Positions 1-8,322 of a DNA stretch of 64,000 nucleotides are shown here, piece after piece. Position 1 is the stretch's first letter. Each line of letters opens with the position of its first letter. A program made the translations under genes and the position numbers. Source of the stretch: a virus; the IMG/VR virus record IMGVR_UViG_3300032053_000003, positions 94,392-158,391 of that record; one strand, 5' to 3'. The notes under the pieces were generated by a model that ran no database searches, was not told where the DNA came from, and worked only from the letters and a program-made list of their open reading frames with translations.

Positions 1-1
1 T

Positions 2-217
2 ATAGAACAGTCAGAGTATAATAAGATAGAGATAGAGATCTTGGCAAAGGTTGATAAGATCCTCGGCTATAAGGCAAAGAAGATCCCTGTGTTTGCTAAT
101 AGTGATTCTCGTGGTTCTGCTCTGAAGATCAAGGGGGATTGGGTTCATAAGAACAATGCTACCATTTATACTGACATGGGTGGTTATGGTATTCTTGCAC
201 CTGACTTTAGAGATTAG
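2..217 (+). CDS. 3' fragment of an upstream gene (hypothetical protein, C-terminal 71 aa)
   Basis: Frame 2 is open from the window edge to TAG at 215-217 (…GYGILAPDFRD*). There is no start codon in the window. Confidence 0.4.
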   Translation: MEQSEYNKIEIEILAKVDKILGYKAKKIPVFANSDSRGSALKIKGDWVHKNNATIYTDMGGYGILAPDFRD

Positions 218-226
218 GAGTTGGTC

Positions 227-412
227 ATGACAAAAGCCAAAGAAGTTCTCAAAGCACTTCATGAGACCGATGATAAGAAGGCTGATAGTTGGAAGGTCTT
301 CATCAATGGTAAGGACACTGGTATTGTAGAGACCAACTATGAGTATGCCAACAAATATTGGGCAAAAGTAGCTGTAGCTAAGAAGGCAGTCATAGAGTTG
401 AAAAAACAATGA
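227..412 (+). CDS. small hypothetical protein, MSKA-tag family (MTKAKEVLKALHE…)
   Basis: ATG 227 lies 6 nt after an AGGAG SD. The track's 221 start is TTG. The N-terminal tag motif is present. Confidence 0.65.
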   Translation: MTKAKEVLKALHETDDKKADSWKVFINGKDTGIVETNYEYANKYWAKVAVAKKAVIELKKQ

Positions 413-424
413 GGAGATTGATCT

Positions 425-754
425 ATGTCCAAAGCAGAAACTTTACTCCAGTCACTCTCTGAGGCTGAAGAAGAAAAGGGAAAGACCTTATATTTTTCTA
501 CACAAAACGGTAACAGATTCGTGATATCCCTTGAACCTGGTTCACTGGGGCATGTCATGAAGTACAATGAGCATACCTTCCCTCTTCCACATACCTCATG
601 GGTAGTCACAGGTTTCTCTAAAAACTCACAGAAGAACAGTCCTGATTTCAAAGTCACTCCTGATCTTACCAGGGAAGCTATTAAAGGTAAGTATGTGTGG
701 GACCTGGATCATGGTACTACAAGAAGGTGGGGAGATAAAATAAGCAAGTACTGA
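425..754 (+). CDS. hypothetical protein, MSKA-tag family (MSKAETLLQSLSE…)
   Basis: ORF track entry. A GAGGAG SD lies upstream. Tag motif present. Confidence 0.65.
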   Translation: MSKAETLLQSLSEAEEEKGKTLYFSTQNGNRFVISLEPGSLGHVMKYNEHTFPLPHTSWVVTGFSKNSQKNSPDFKVTPDLTREAIKGKYVWDLDHGTTRRWGDKISKY

Positions 755-763
755 GGGGTAGAA

Positions 764-817
764 ATGTCGAAAGCCAAGGAAGTTCTCAAAGCACTTTATG
801 AAACTGATCGGGGATAA
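764..817 (+). pseudogene. truncated duplicate of the N-terminus of gene 227 (MSKAKEVLKALYETDRG*)
   Basis: About 90% nucleotide identity over ~40 nt to 230-270. Stop after 17 codons. Confidence 0.45.
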
Positions 818-833
818 ATTCTAGGGGGATGCA

Positions 834-1199
834 ATGAATGTATCTGAATCCAAAGGCTGGGAAGACATTAAGAAGTGGTTAAAGATAAAGACCAAGGATG
901 AGATCGATGATGATGAAGATAACATGTATGACATGAATAACAGTGTGAGCAAAGCAAGGAAGCTCCTTAAGGTTATAGAGGAGGCTCAAACGGGATACTA
1001 TCAACAATTAATAAGTAAGAATCTATCTGATTCAAGTATAGATCCTCGATGGGTAGAGGCTCATTTACGTCTTGATCATGGAACTCTGGATTCTTTATCT
1101 GTTGAAGAGTTTAAGATTGAAATACCTGAAATAATTAAAGTTATTAAAGAAGAAGGTAAACAACAAGCAGAGAAGTTGGCACTTTCTTATGGTTTATAA
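834..1199 (+). CDS. hypothetical acidic protein
   Basis: ORF track entry. GGGGGA SD. No tag motif. Confidence 0.55.
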   Translation: MNVSESKGWEDIKKWLKIKTKDEIDDDEDNMYDMNNSVSKARKLLKVIEEAQTGYYQQLISKNLSDSSIDPRWVEAHLRLDHGTLDSLSVEEFKIEIPEIIKVIKEEGKQQAEKLALSYGL

Positions 1200-1209
1200 G
1201 GAGTGGACA

Positions 1210-1407
1210 ATGAACAGATCTCAACAGATTATCTCATTATCGGAAGAAAGGGGTAAGTTCTCTTACTCTGATGGTAAGGTGCAGGTTAACAAGGGAAGGA
1301 TCGGTTCTCTTGCTCCTCAATATGTCACAAGGGAGTATCTCACTGCTTTAAAAAAAGAGATCCAGAATTGGTTGGAAGAGGTAGACAAGGAGCTTGCCAA
1401 ATCATGA
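1210..1407 (+). CDS. small hypothetical protein, tag variant (MNRSQQIISLSEE…)
   Basis: ATG 1210 follows an AAGGAG SD and the previous stop at 1197-1199. Confidence 0.55.
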   Translation: MNRSQQIISLSEERGKFSYSDGKVQVNKGRIGSLAPQYVTREYLTALKKEIQNWLEEVDKELAKS

Positions 1408-1649
1408 ACAGAGCCCAGCAGATTATCTCATTATCGGAAGCCTCTCAGAAACTTTCTAGTGTAGCTGAGACTATCTCAGGGATCTGGGATAAGGGTCATG
1501 ATAAGAAGCCAAGAATCTTTCGTGTCATGCCTCTCTCGTGGTTCTGGGCAGGTACCATAACCAAAGACCAGCTAGACCAGGATGACGATAATGCTGATGG
1601 TGGAGATGGTGGAGGGGATTCTGGTGGAGATGGAGGAGGTGGAGAGTGA
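1404..1649 (+). CDS. small hypothetical protein, tag variant (MNRAQQIISLSEA…), Gly/Asp-rich C-terminus
   Basis: ATGA overlap with the previous gene. The first 39 nt are nearly identical to 1210-1248. Confidence 0.55.
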   Translation: MNRAQQIISLSEASQKLSSVAETISGIWDKGHDKKPRIFRVMPLSWFWAGTITKDQLDQDDDNADGGDGGGDSGGDGGGGE

Positions 1650-1665
1650 GTAAGGCAAAAACTTT

Positions 1666-1923
1666 TTGAGTATACTGGATGAGGGTAAAGAGAAAATCCG
1701 ATGGGAGCCTAATACAGTAGGTGGAATCAAAGGAATTTATCTATCTCGTTCAGATGTTGAATTTAGGATAGACGTTAATCCCCATAAGAGTAAGTACTCT
1801 TGGATGATAGGCAGAGCTTCCAGTGATCGGTTTATTGAGCAAGGGGAAGCAGGTACAGAGGAAGATGCTAAGAAACAGGCAATCAAGTTTCTTAAGGGTA
1901 TGGAGGCAAGGGGGATAGCATGA
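1666..1923 (+). CDS. hypothetical protein. Probably a frameshifted MSKA-tag gene (GTG1646 MSKAKTF* joins TTG1666 SILDEG… across a T5 run)
   Basis: Frame 2 at 1646-1669 encodes MSKAKTF*. Frame 1 continues from 1666 as SILDEGKEK… One extra T would restore MSKAKTFLSILDEG. Confidence 0.45.
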   Translation: MSILDEGKEKIRWEPNTVGGIKGIYLSRSDVEFRIDVNPHKSKYSWMIGRASSDRFIEQGEAGTEEDAKKQAIKFLKGMEARGIA

Positions 1924-2249
1924 CCAAGGCAGGTACTCTTCTTTCAATGTTGGAAAGCAATAAGACCATTGCTGATGCCAAGGCAAAGATCATGGAGATC
2001 GAGCATTATTCCAGTACTGACTCCATAGAAATCATAAGTTCTTACATGGGTAGTCGTGTTTTGGATGATGACGAGGAAATTCAAGGCACAGTTTATATAG
2101 TATCTCTTGATTCACATGGTGGTGCAAATGTCTATGTGGATGCTCCAAATAAAGATGATGCTGCTGAAGCTGCTGAAGAATGGTGGTTGGAATTCCATCC
2201 TAAGGAAAAGAGTATAGAAGCTGGTCAGATCAGAGGATTGAAATTGTAA
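1920..2249 (+). CDS. hypothetical protein, MSKA-tag family (MTKAGTLLSMLES…)
   Basis: ATGA overlap with the previous gene. Tag motif present. Confidence 0.65.
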   Translation: MTKAGTLLSMLESNKTIADAKAKIMEIEHYSSTDSIEIISSYMGSRVLDDDEEIQGTVYIVSLDSHGGANVYVDAPNKDDAAEAAEEWWLEFHPKEKSIEAGQIRGLKL

Positions 2250-2263
2250 TAAGGAGAGTAGAT

Positions 2264-2497
2264 ATGTCCAAGGCTAGTAATCTTGTTAAGATACTTGAGG
2301 AATTAGCAAGGACTCCCAGTAATGGAGAAGCTGTGTATGTTGATCACCACAAAAATGCAGGTCAGTATGGTGGCAGTAAGGATGTATATACTGTGAAAGG
2401 TGTGGAGAAGGATGACCTTATTGTTAAACTTGAAGGAGAGGACTCTATTAAACGGTATATTGCTAAATTTGGGTTAAAAATAAAAAATCGTGGTTGA
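2264..2497 (+). CDS. hypothetical protein, MSKA-tag family (MSKASNLVKILEE…)
   Basis: AGGAGAG SD. Tag motif present. Confidence 0.65.
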   Translation: MSKASNLVKILEELARTPSNGEAVYVDHHKNAGQYGGSKDVYTVKGVEKDDLIVKLEGEDSIKRYIAKFGLKIKNRG

Positions 2498-2524
2498 TAA
2501 AGGAATAGTTTAGGAGATTAGTTG

Positions 2525-2776
2525 ATGAGTAAAGCTAAGGAAGTTCTTAACTTGTTTGAGGATTGGACTCCTATTCCTGAGCCTGAGAAAAAGAAGAAGC
2601 CCAGAAGATCTAAACAGCTTATTAAGGCTGAGAAAGCCCTGAGGTTTGCTCTGAGTGAGCAGGAAAGGTATATGGGATCTGTTTTTGTCAATGCTCATGG
2701 TCAACGTAAGCATGAGGAACGTGTGGAACAAGCTTATGCTGATTATCGTAGAGCAGGTGGGACTCTGGATATCTAA
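2525..2776 (+). CDS. hypothetical basic protein, MSKA-tag family (MSKAKEVLNLFED…)
   Basis: ATG 2525 follows the TTG at 2522. TAGGAG SD. Confidence 0.65.
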   Translation: MSKAKEVLNLFEDWTPIPEPEKKKKPRRSKQLIKAEKALRFALSEQERYMGSVFVNAHGQRKHEERVEQAYADYRRAGGTLDI

Positions 2777-2781
2777 GGGAG

Positions 2782-3426
2782 TTGATTATGAAGAAAGAAT
2801 TGAGTGTCTTTGATAAGCACCAACTTGCCATTGCCTACAAGACAATGAAGATGTCTGATGCAGGTGCTCTCATTATGGGTGGTATGACCAAGGCAGAGGC
2901 CAAGGAGATCATCAAGAAGTTTACTGGCAAAGAGTACAAGGAGTCCAAGGATACCTCTCTTGAGGGTGTGTTCAATATGAATGGTGCAGGGTGGGCAAAA
3001 GTAGATTATGACCCCAAAGGTATAATCTTTACCTTCAAGATAGGCCAAAGGGAGAAGGAGAAGGCTTTCATAAAGGATCTCAAGCAGGATAACTATTCCT
3101 ATCAGTATGTTGATGATGACAGTATCCTTGTGCATTATAGTAAGCATGAGGGCAGGGGAAATGGAATGACTAAAGCCAAACAGCTCATCCAGACCATATC
3201 TGAGACTGTTCCTGAGGCAGAGGAAGGTATCAAGGTATGGGCACAGGAAGGTCCTAACGGCTATACTATCCTTACAGGTAATAATAAGCCAGATCCTGGC
3301 TTTGGTAAGTATTACAGCCAGTTCCTTGGTATTGTGAAGGATAAGGAAGATTTCAATAAGAAGACCAACAATGGATGGGACATTGGCAGGGTCCCCCTCA
3401 AGGTCCTCAGAAAGAGATTTGAGTAA
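2782..3426 (+). CDS. hypothetical protein with an internal in-frame tag (…GMTKAKQLIQTISE at codon 129, ATG 3166 with its own SD)
   Basis: ORF track entry. A nested in-frame ATG at 3166 is preceded by AGGGGA. Confidence 0.55.
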   Translation: MIMKKELSVFDKHQLAIAYKTMKMSDAGALIMGGMTKAEAKEIIKKFTGKEYKESKDTSLEGVFNMNGAGWAKVDYDPKGIIFTFKIGQREKEKAFIKDLKQDNYSYQYVDDDSILVHYSKHEGRGNGMTKAKQLIQTISETVPEAEEGIKVWAQEGPNGYTILTGNNKPDPGFGKYYSQFLGIVKDKEDFNKKTNNGWDIGRVPLKVLRKRFE

Positions 3427-3436
3427 GGAGCAGCCG

Positions 3437-3709
3437 ATGTCGAAAGCTAAAAAGTTCTTGAAAGAGTCCAATGTTAAAGGTGTCCTTCAGGATTATACAG
3501 ATCAGCTTACCAAGATAGGGAAGAACCTGGGCCAAGAGTATAGGCAGGTAGCTGCTGAGATAGAGAAGGTAGTAAGTGAATTGGGTAAGCAGGATAACTA
3601 TGATCAGGTATCCAAGATCACCTCTGCCCTCTCTGATGCCCAGTCTGATTTAGCTTTCTATGTTAAAAGTCTGAGAACAGTGATATTGGATCTTGAGAAC
3701 GAAGATTAG
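3437..3709 (+). CDS. hypothetical protein, MSKA-tag family (MSKAKKFLKESN…)
   Basis: ATG 3437 follows a TAAGGAG SD. The track's 3371 start is upstream of it. Confidence 0.65.
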   Translation: MSKAKKFLKESNVKGVLQDYTDQLTKIGKNLGQEYRQVAAEIEKVVSELGKQDNYDQVSKITSALSDAQSDLAFYVKSLRTVILDLENED

Positions 3710-3732
3710 AATGACTAAAAACAAGAGGAAAT

Positions 3733-4038
3733 ATGCCAGCTACCCGAAATATTGAAACAAGGATTCTCTACATAGCTCAGAGGTGTCATAGCATCTCTGC
3801 TAAACTAGTTAACAAGGAACAGATTATCATAAGTCTTCAGATGCTCAATCTGGTGTGGTCTACTTCAAATCCTGAGTATCAGCAAAGGTATTTGAGGATG
3901 GCTCTGGTTGCCTATGGTAGGGCTATGAAAGAGAACGCTCTTCCTGTTGATAGAGACTTAAGAGGTGTTTATAAAGAGTCCTTCTCTCCAGAAGAGTTGA
4001 AAGAGATGGAGAGAGATATGCTCAATGAGGATGTGTGA
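3733..4038 (+). CDS. hypothetical protein
   Basis: ORF track entry. SD present. Confidence 0.5.
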   Translation: MPATRNIETRILYIAQRCHSISAKLVNKEQIIISLQMLNLVWSTSNPEYQQRYLRMALVAYGRAMKENALPVDRDLRGVYKESFSPEELKEMERDMLNEDV

Positions 4039-4041
4039 ATC

Positions 4042-4365
4042 ATGGACTGGAAACAGACATTGGATAATCTTAATACTCTCTTTGTAGCTGCTACTGATGC
4101 TTACACTTCTGGAGATAAGAAGGGGTATAAGAAAAAGAGTAAAGAGTATGATGATGTATTATCTGAAGTGCCTACTGATGTACTGAAGCAGATTGTAATC
4201 AGTAAAGAAAGAGGATCTGCTAATTCCATGGTAGCACAGGAATTAGCAGATAGGTATAATGTACTTCCTCATGAGAAAAAATTGAGATTTTCTTATAGTG
4301 ATTGGATTAAATTAGTACCTAATGAATCCAAAGCTAAGAAACTTATAAGTAGTCTTTTGGATTAG
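4042..4365 (+). CDS. hypothetical protein
   Basis: ORF track entry. Tight spacing with neighbours. Confidence 0.5.
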   Translation: MDWKQTLDNLNTLFVAATDAYTSGDKKGYKKKSKEYDDVLSEVPTDVLKQIVISKERGSANSMVAQELADRYNVLPHEKKLRFSYSDWIKLVPNESKAKKLISSLLD

Positions 4366-4372
4366 GGTTAAG

Positions 4373-4666
4373 ATGGGTCTGTCTATTATTTATTCTGAGC
4401 TGCAGGAACTACTTACAAATTACCCCTCAGATATAAGGGAGAGCATAGTATCATATCTTGAGGAGATCTCTTCAGACCTCAATGACACTCGTAACATCTT
4501 AGGTATGTTTGAACATGATGCTACCTCTGATGGTATTGCAGACAAACTAGCTGAAGAGTTGATCCAGGATATGACCAAAAGGATCAAGGTTTTCAATAAA
4601 GATATGCTGGAGATGATCATTAAGACTGAGTTAGATTACCTAACTAAAATAAAGAAGGGGAGATAA
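4373..4666 (+). CDS. hypothetical acidic protein
   Basis: ORF track entry. Confidence 0.5.
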   Translation: MGLSIIYSELQELLTNYPSDIRESIVSYLEEISSDLNDTRNILGMFEHDATSDGIADKLAEELIQDMTKRIKVFNKDMLEMIIKTELDYLTKIKKGR

Positions 4667-4668
4667 CC

Positions 4669-5067
4669 ATGGGAAAGGCTGCTAATTTGATAAGTATGCT
4701 GGAGGCTTCACTAGATCCTGAAGTTCAGAAGATTGTTGGTCAGATCGATGGTGCCCTCCAGAAGATAGTGGACTCTACCCTTCGGAGCAGTGATCTCGGT
4801 AACTCAGGGGACCACCTCTACAAGATCGTTACAGCAAAAGATGGGAATGACTATGCTCTGTTTAGTGTTCCTGTGATTACTCAGGGTGGTGACAGAGCTG
4901 AGAACTCCAATGCCAACTTCAAAAAGATAATTGATCATGTTTGGGGCTTGAGGGACCAAGGTTACTATATCTCACAGCCAGTGGGCAAGAGTGGTAGTGG
5001 GTGGGAGAACAAGAACAGTGGGACTGCTGGTGTTGTAATGCAGTTCTATTTTGGCAAGAACAAGTAG
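4669..5067 (+). CDS. hypothetical protein, MSKA-tag family (MGKAANLISMLEA…)
   Basis: AAGGGGAG SD. Tag motif present. Confidence 0.65.
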   Translation: MGKAANLISMLEASLDPEVQKIVGQIDGALQKIVDSTLRSSDLGNSGDHLYKIVTAKDGNDYALFSVPVITQGGDRAENSNANFKKIIDHVWGLRDQGYYISQPVGKSGSGWENKNSGTAGVVMQFYFGKNK

Positions 5068-5076
5068 GAGGGTTCA

Positions 5077-5223
5077 ATGCTGTTAGCCATTTTAGTGTGT
5101 CAATCATGTGGCACAAAATTCCAAGCTGATCTGGATTGTGGTGATACAGCCTGTCCTCAGTGTGGAAGTAGCAGTACACAACCTACCACTGATACCTCTG
5201 GTATTAAAAAGATAATCAAATAG
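5077..5223 (+). CDS. small zinc-ribbon protein (48 aa, CxxC…CxxC)
   Basis: MLLAILVCQSCGTKFQADLDCGDTACPQCGSS… Below the 60-aa track cutoff. GGAGGG SD. Confidence 0.45.
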   Translation: MLLAILVCQSCGTKFQADLDCGDTACPQCGSSSTQPTTDTSGIKKIIK

Positions 5224-5232
5224 GAGCCCAAT

Positions 5233-5769
5233 ATGAAAAGCAAAGCTGCTGTCTTTCTAGATATCATGGAGAAGGAATATGACCCTAAGGATTATGTTCC
5301 TAAAGCCATGCAGTGGTGGAATAAGCTGGCCCCTGAGCAGCAGAAGGACTATCTTGCAAAATTAGCAAAGACTGCACCAGATAAAGTAGCTCAGGTTTAT
5401 CAGGATCTCTATGGTACATCTCCTGCAGCAGATTCACACTCTGAAGATATGTCCAAGACGAAGAAGGTTCTTGCTGCTGCTGTTCTTGCTGCTTTTATGA
5501 TGGTAGGTTCAGGTGCTGCCCATGCTATTGATTATCATGTAGTGGGTAAGGATAGTAAGGGTAATCCTATCTATGCAACAGGTGGTGCCAGTAGTGGCAC
5601 TACTCAAGATAAAGTAGTTAAGACTGTAGATGCAGCTGGAAAACTTTTAAATGTTGGTGCAGCAACTATAGGTCAGTTTGGCAATCAGCATTCTCAGCAG
5701 AGAGCTTATAAAGCTTCCAATGATGTTAATTTTGTTGTGAGTGTTCTGAAGGCTTTGACTGGTAACTAA
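5233..5769 (+). CDS. hypothetical protein with internal hydrophobic helix, MSKA-tag-like (MKSKAAVFLDIMEKE…)
   Basis: ORF track entry. TAGGAG SD. TM-like segment VLAAAVLAAFMMVGSGAAHA. Confidence 0.6.
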   Translation: MKSKAAVFLDIMEKEYDPKDYVPKAMQWWNKLAPEQQKDYLAKLAKTAPDKVAQVYQDLYGTSPAADSHSEDMSKTKKVLAAAVLAAFMMVGSGAAHAIDYHVVGKDSKGNPIYATGGASSGTTQDKVVKTVDAAGKLLNVGAATIGQFGNQHSQQRAYKASNDVNFVVSVLKALTGN

Positions 5770-5771
5770 AA

Positions 5772-6134
5772 GTGGTCAGTAAAGCTGGTCATTTTTTAAG
5801 TATTACTGAAGATGTCATGAAAACTTATTATCATGTCACAACTGAAAAGGCTTCACGTAAGATCTTAGTTAATGGATTATCTCCACGTAAGGGATCAAGA
5901 AGTCGTGATTTTGGTGAGGAAGACCCAGCTATATTTCTTTTCACTTCTATAGAAGAGGCTGAAGATGCTGTAATGAACTGGTTAGGTGATAAGTACAATG
6001 AGAGCACACCTCTTGTATTATTGGAGATAAAGGTTCCTTCAGATTTTGAAATCACAAAAGTAAATGGTCAGTTTGAGGCTGTAAGTATAGTACCTATACC
6101 AGCAAAGTACATCAGATTATTGAAAGAGTTATAA
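5772..6134 (+). CDS. hypothetical protein, tag-like N-terminus ((M)VSKAGHFLSITED…)
   Basis: GTG start at 5772. Tag-like N-terminus. Confidence 0.55.
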   Translation: MVSKAGHFLSITEDVMKTYYHVTTEKASRKILVNGLSPRKGSRSRDFGEEDPAIFLFTSIEEAEDAVMNWLGDKYNESTPLVLLEIKVPSDFEITKVNGQFEAVSIVPIPAKYIRLLKEL

Positions 6135-6143
6135 AGGAGATAA

Positions 6144-6419
6144 ATGGAGCTTCGTAAAGTAATTGGGGCTTTTGTTGATAAGATGGAGGTAGTCCCTATG
6201 TCCAAAGCAGGACAGTTTATTGAAGATGTTAAGGATGAGTTTGGATTTTTAGGGGCTGTATCTGATAAGTCCTCTCCTGTACAATATCGTATTCATGCTG
6301 AAATGAAGGATGGTAATGTAGGCATTACTCCATGGTATACAGAGGCAAGCCTGGATGCTCTTAAGAAGGACATAATTAAACAAGGTCACAAAATTATTAA
6401 GATAGAAAAAAAGGTATAG
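6144..6419 (+). CDS. hypothetical protein. A tag start (MSKAGQFIEDVKDE) lies at an internal ATG 6198, which has its own SD
   Basis: Both 6144 (AGGAG SD) and 6198 (GGAGG SD) are plausible starts. Confidence 0.55.
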   Translation: MELRKVIGAFVDKMEVVPMSKAGQFIEDVKDEFGFLGAVSDKSSPVQYRIHAEMKDGNVGITPWYTEASLDALKKDIIKQGHKIIKIEKKV

Positions 6420-6429
6420 GAGACATCCC

Positions 6430-7653
6430 ATGTCAAATAAGCCCAAAGAAATAACAGCTATCTATGATCTCGGTGATGAATCTAAGTATGCTGACAGGTA
6501 TACTGTTTTATTCTCCAAGAAGGATTTTCCTGATGTGAGTAATTCCCAATATGTCCAGTCTCTTGGTATGTCAGGTAGTCCTGATCATCCTCAAGGTGTT
6601 TCCCAGTGGGGAGAGGCTCTTCCTGGATCTCATCTTGGAAAGAAGATCAAATGGGACAGCCTTCCTGACAATGTCAAGAAACATATTATCAAGAGATTGA
6701 GTAATGATAATGAGTCTCATGTCAAACTGAGAAGGTCATGTAACAGAGCCAAAGATTTATCCAATCTGTCTGAAGATCTTAACTTCAAAAAAGGTAGTAA
6801 GATCCATATCAGAGCACATTCAAGTAAGAAGGGTAAGGGTCTCTCCTATGAGGCTATGAATGTTACTGCTGATGAGGATGGCAGGTCAGGAGGGTGGGAT
6901 GTCTATGATGGGACCGATGAATCTGGAAACGAGATAAGTTTCTATGGATTCTCTGTTGATAAAAAGGGATGGAGTAAGTCAGAGAATTTGAGAAGATCGT
7001 TTAACAGATCCAGGGACCTCACTGCTCTGGCAGAAGAGGATGCTTCATCCTACTTTGTACTTGCTGATCCCAAGGAAGCTGATAAGATTGTGAGATCAGG
7101 GAAAGATGATAAGGCCCTCTTTAAAGGTACTGCTGAAGATGCAGCTAAGTATGCTAAGGATAAGTTGTCTGGTAAGGATGCTGTGATGCTTCAACGTGAT
7201 AGTCAGGGTAAGTACAAGTATGCTGTAGGTAGTGATGATAAGAAAGCAGGATCAGCAGCAATTACACACGAAAGAAAAACTGGAGGTAAAAGTATGAGCA
7301 GAGCAAAGGATATTACAAAGTTGGTAGAGAGTGCTTCAGTGAATGAGATGTATGCTCTTGGGGCTGATCATATAGTGAATTGGCTCAAGAAGACAGCATA
7401 CGAAAGGTTTGATGTTGATCCTTCGGCAATCTCCGTGGTCCCTTGGCCTCAGGATGGGTCAGACTTCAACATCACTTCCCCTCTTTCCAAGGAGCAGTAT
7501 GAGGAGTTGTCTGAAAAGATCACTAGGACATATCCTTTGTATGTGGTGGAGTTTGTGGACGGTGGAGTTATGAAGTTCTTTTCCTCACGTACTGTGGGAA
7601 CGGACCCTGCCAATACCGAAGAGATATATCCTCGTGACAATATGCTTCCGTAA
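6430..7653 (+). CDS. hypothetical 407-aa protein with three internal tag-like motifs (NRAKDLSNLSED, NRSRDLTALAEED, MSRAKDITKLVES). Polyprotein-like.
   Basis: ORF track entry. Internal repeats of the tag motif. Confidence 0.6.
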   Translation: MSNKPKEITAIYDLGDESKYADRYTVLFSKKDFPDVSNSQYVQSLGMSGSPDHPQGVSQWGEALPGSHLGKKIKWDSLPDNVKKHIIKRLSNDNESHVKLRRSCNRAKDLSNLSEDLNFKKGSKIHIRAHSSKKGKGLSYEAMNVTADEDGRSGGWDVYDGTDESGNEISFYGFSVDKKGWSKSENLRRSFNRSRDLTALAEEDASSYFVLADPKEADKIVRSGKDDKALFKGTAEDAAKYAKDKLSGKDAVMLQRDSQGKYKYAVGSDDKKAGSAAITHERKTGGKSMSRAKDITKLVESASVNEMYALGADHIVNWLKKTAYERFDVDPSAISVVPWPQDGSDFNITSPLSKEQYEELSEKITRTYPLYVVEFVDGGVMKFFSSRTVGTDPANTEEIYPRDNMLP

Positions 7654-7661
7654 TAGTTAGG

Positions 7662-7692
7662 AATTAGGGTTGGTTTACTGCTGACCCTAATT
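7662..7692 (+). terminator. putative intrinsic terminator
   Basis: AATTAGGGT, a 13-nt loop, then ACCCTAATT, followed by a T-rich tract. Confidence 0.45.
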
Positions 7693-7761
7693 CTTTCCTA
7701 TCTCATTTTACCTTATGCATCTTGAGCTGTATCTTGAGATTGATTACGGAAAGGAGTCGTT

Positions 7762-8322
7762 ATGGGAGTGATGGTGGATTGGCAAGCTACAGGTACCATT
7801 GTTACAGCTGTGGTAGCCTTGGTTGCATCTATTTGGCAGTATTTCGTAGTTATTTCAGGTGTAAGGAAAGATATTACTGATTTGGCTACTGGTGTAAGGA
7901 AAGATATTACTGATTTGGCTACTAACCTAAGAGTAGAGGCTGTTACTGCAAATAAAAGTGTGATGGAAACTCTGGCTATTCAAGGGAGTAAGATAACCAG
8001 GATAGAGACTCAAACTGAGTTATTTTGGAATGCTGTGAGTACTTCTATATCTAATCTGATTAAGCAACCGATTCATTTTAAAAAAGATCAGTTGATGGAT
8101 AAACTCATTCCTGTAAATATGCCTCATTTGCCAGAAAGTACTATTGAAGAGTTGGTGGAGTTGAGACTTATTCTCAAAGACGAGCTAGTAATGTTACAAG
8201 AAGTGAAAGACCCAAAAGCTTTAGCTTATGCCCTTGCTATAGCTTACATAGATCAAACTCTTTATGATAAGGGGCTTATAAAAGGAGAATGTCATGAGCC
8301 TGTTGTCTATGAGCCTGTCTAA
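7762..8322 (+). CDS. hypothetical membrane protein with a perfect 11-aa tandem repeat (GVRKDITDLAT x2)
   Basis: N-terminal TM helix. A 33-bp perfect tandem duplication at 7858-7923. Confidence 0.55.
   Translation: MGVMVDWQATGTIVTAVVALVASIWQYFVVISGVRKDITDLATGVRKDITDLATNLRVEAVTANKSVMETLAIQGSKITRIETQTELFWNAVSTSISNLIKQPIHFKKDQLMDKLIPVNMPHLPESTIEELVELRLILKDELVMLQEVKDPKALAYALAIAYIDQTLYDKGLIKGECHEPVVYEPV

Noticed and set aside
1561-1649. Gly/Asp-rich tail (GGDGGGDSGGDGGGGE) as a separate feature
   Set aside because: It is a low-complexity C-terminus of gene 1404-1649. It is noted in the call but has no independent function I can support.
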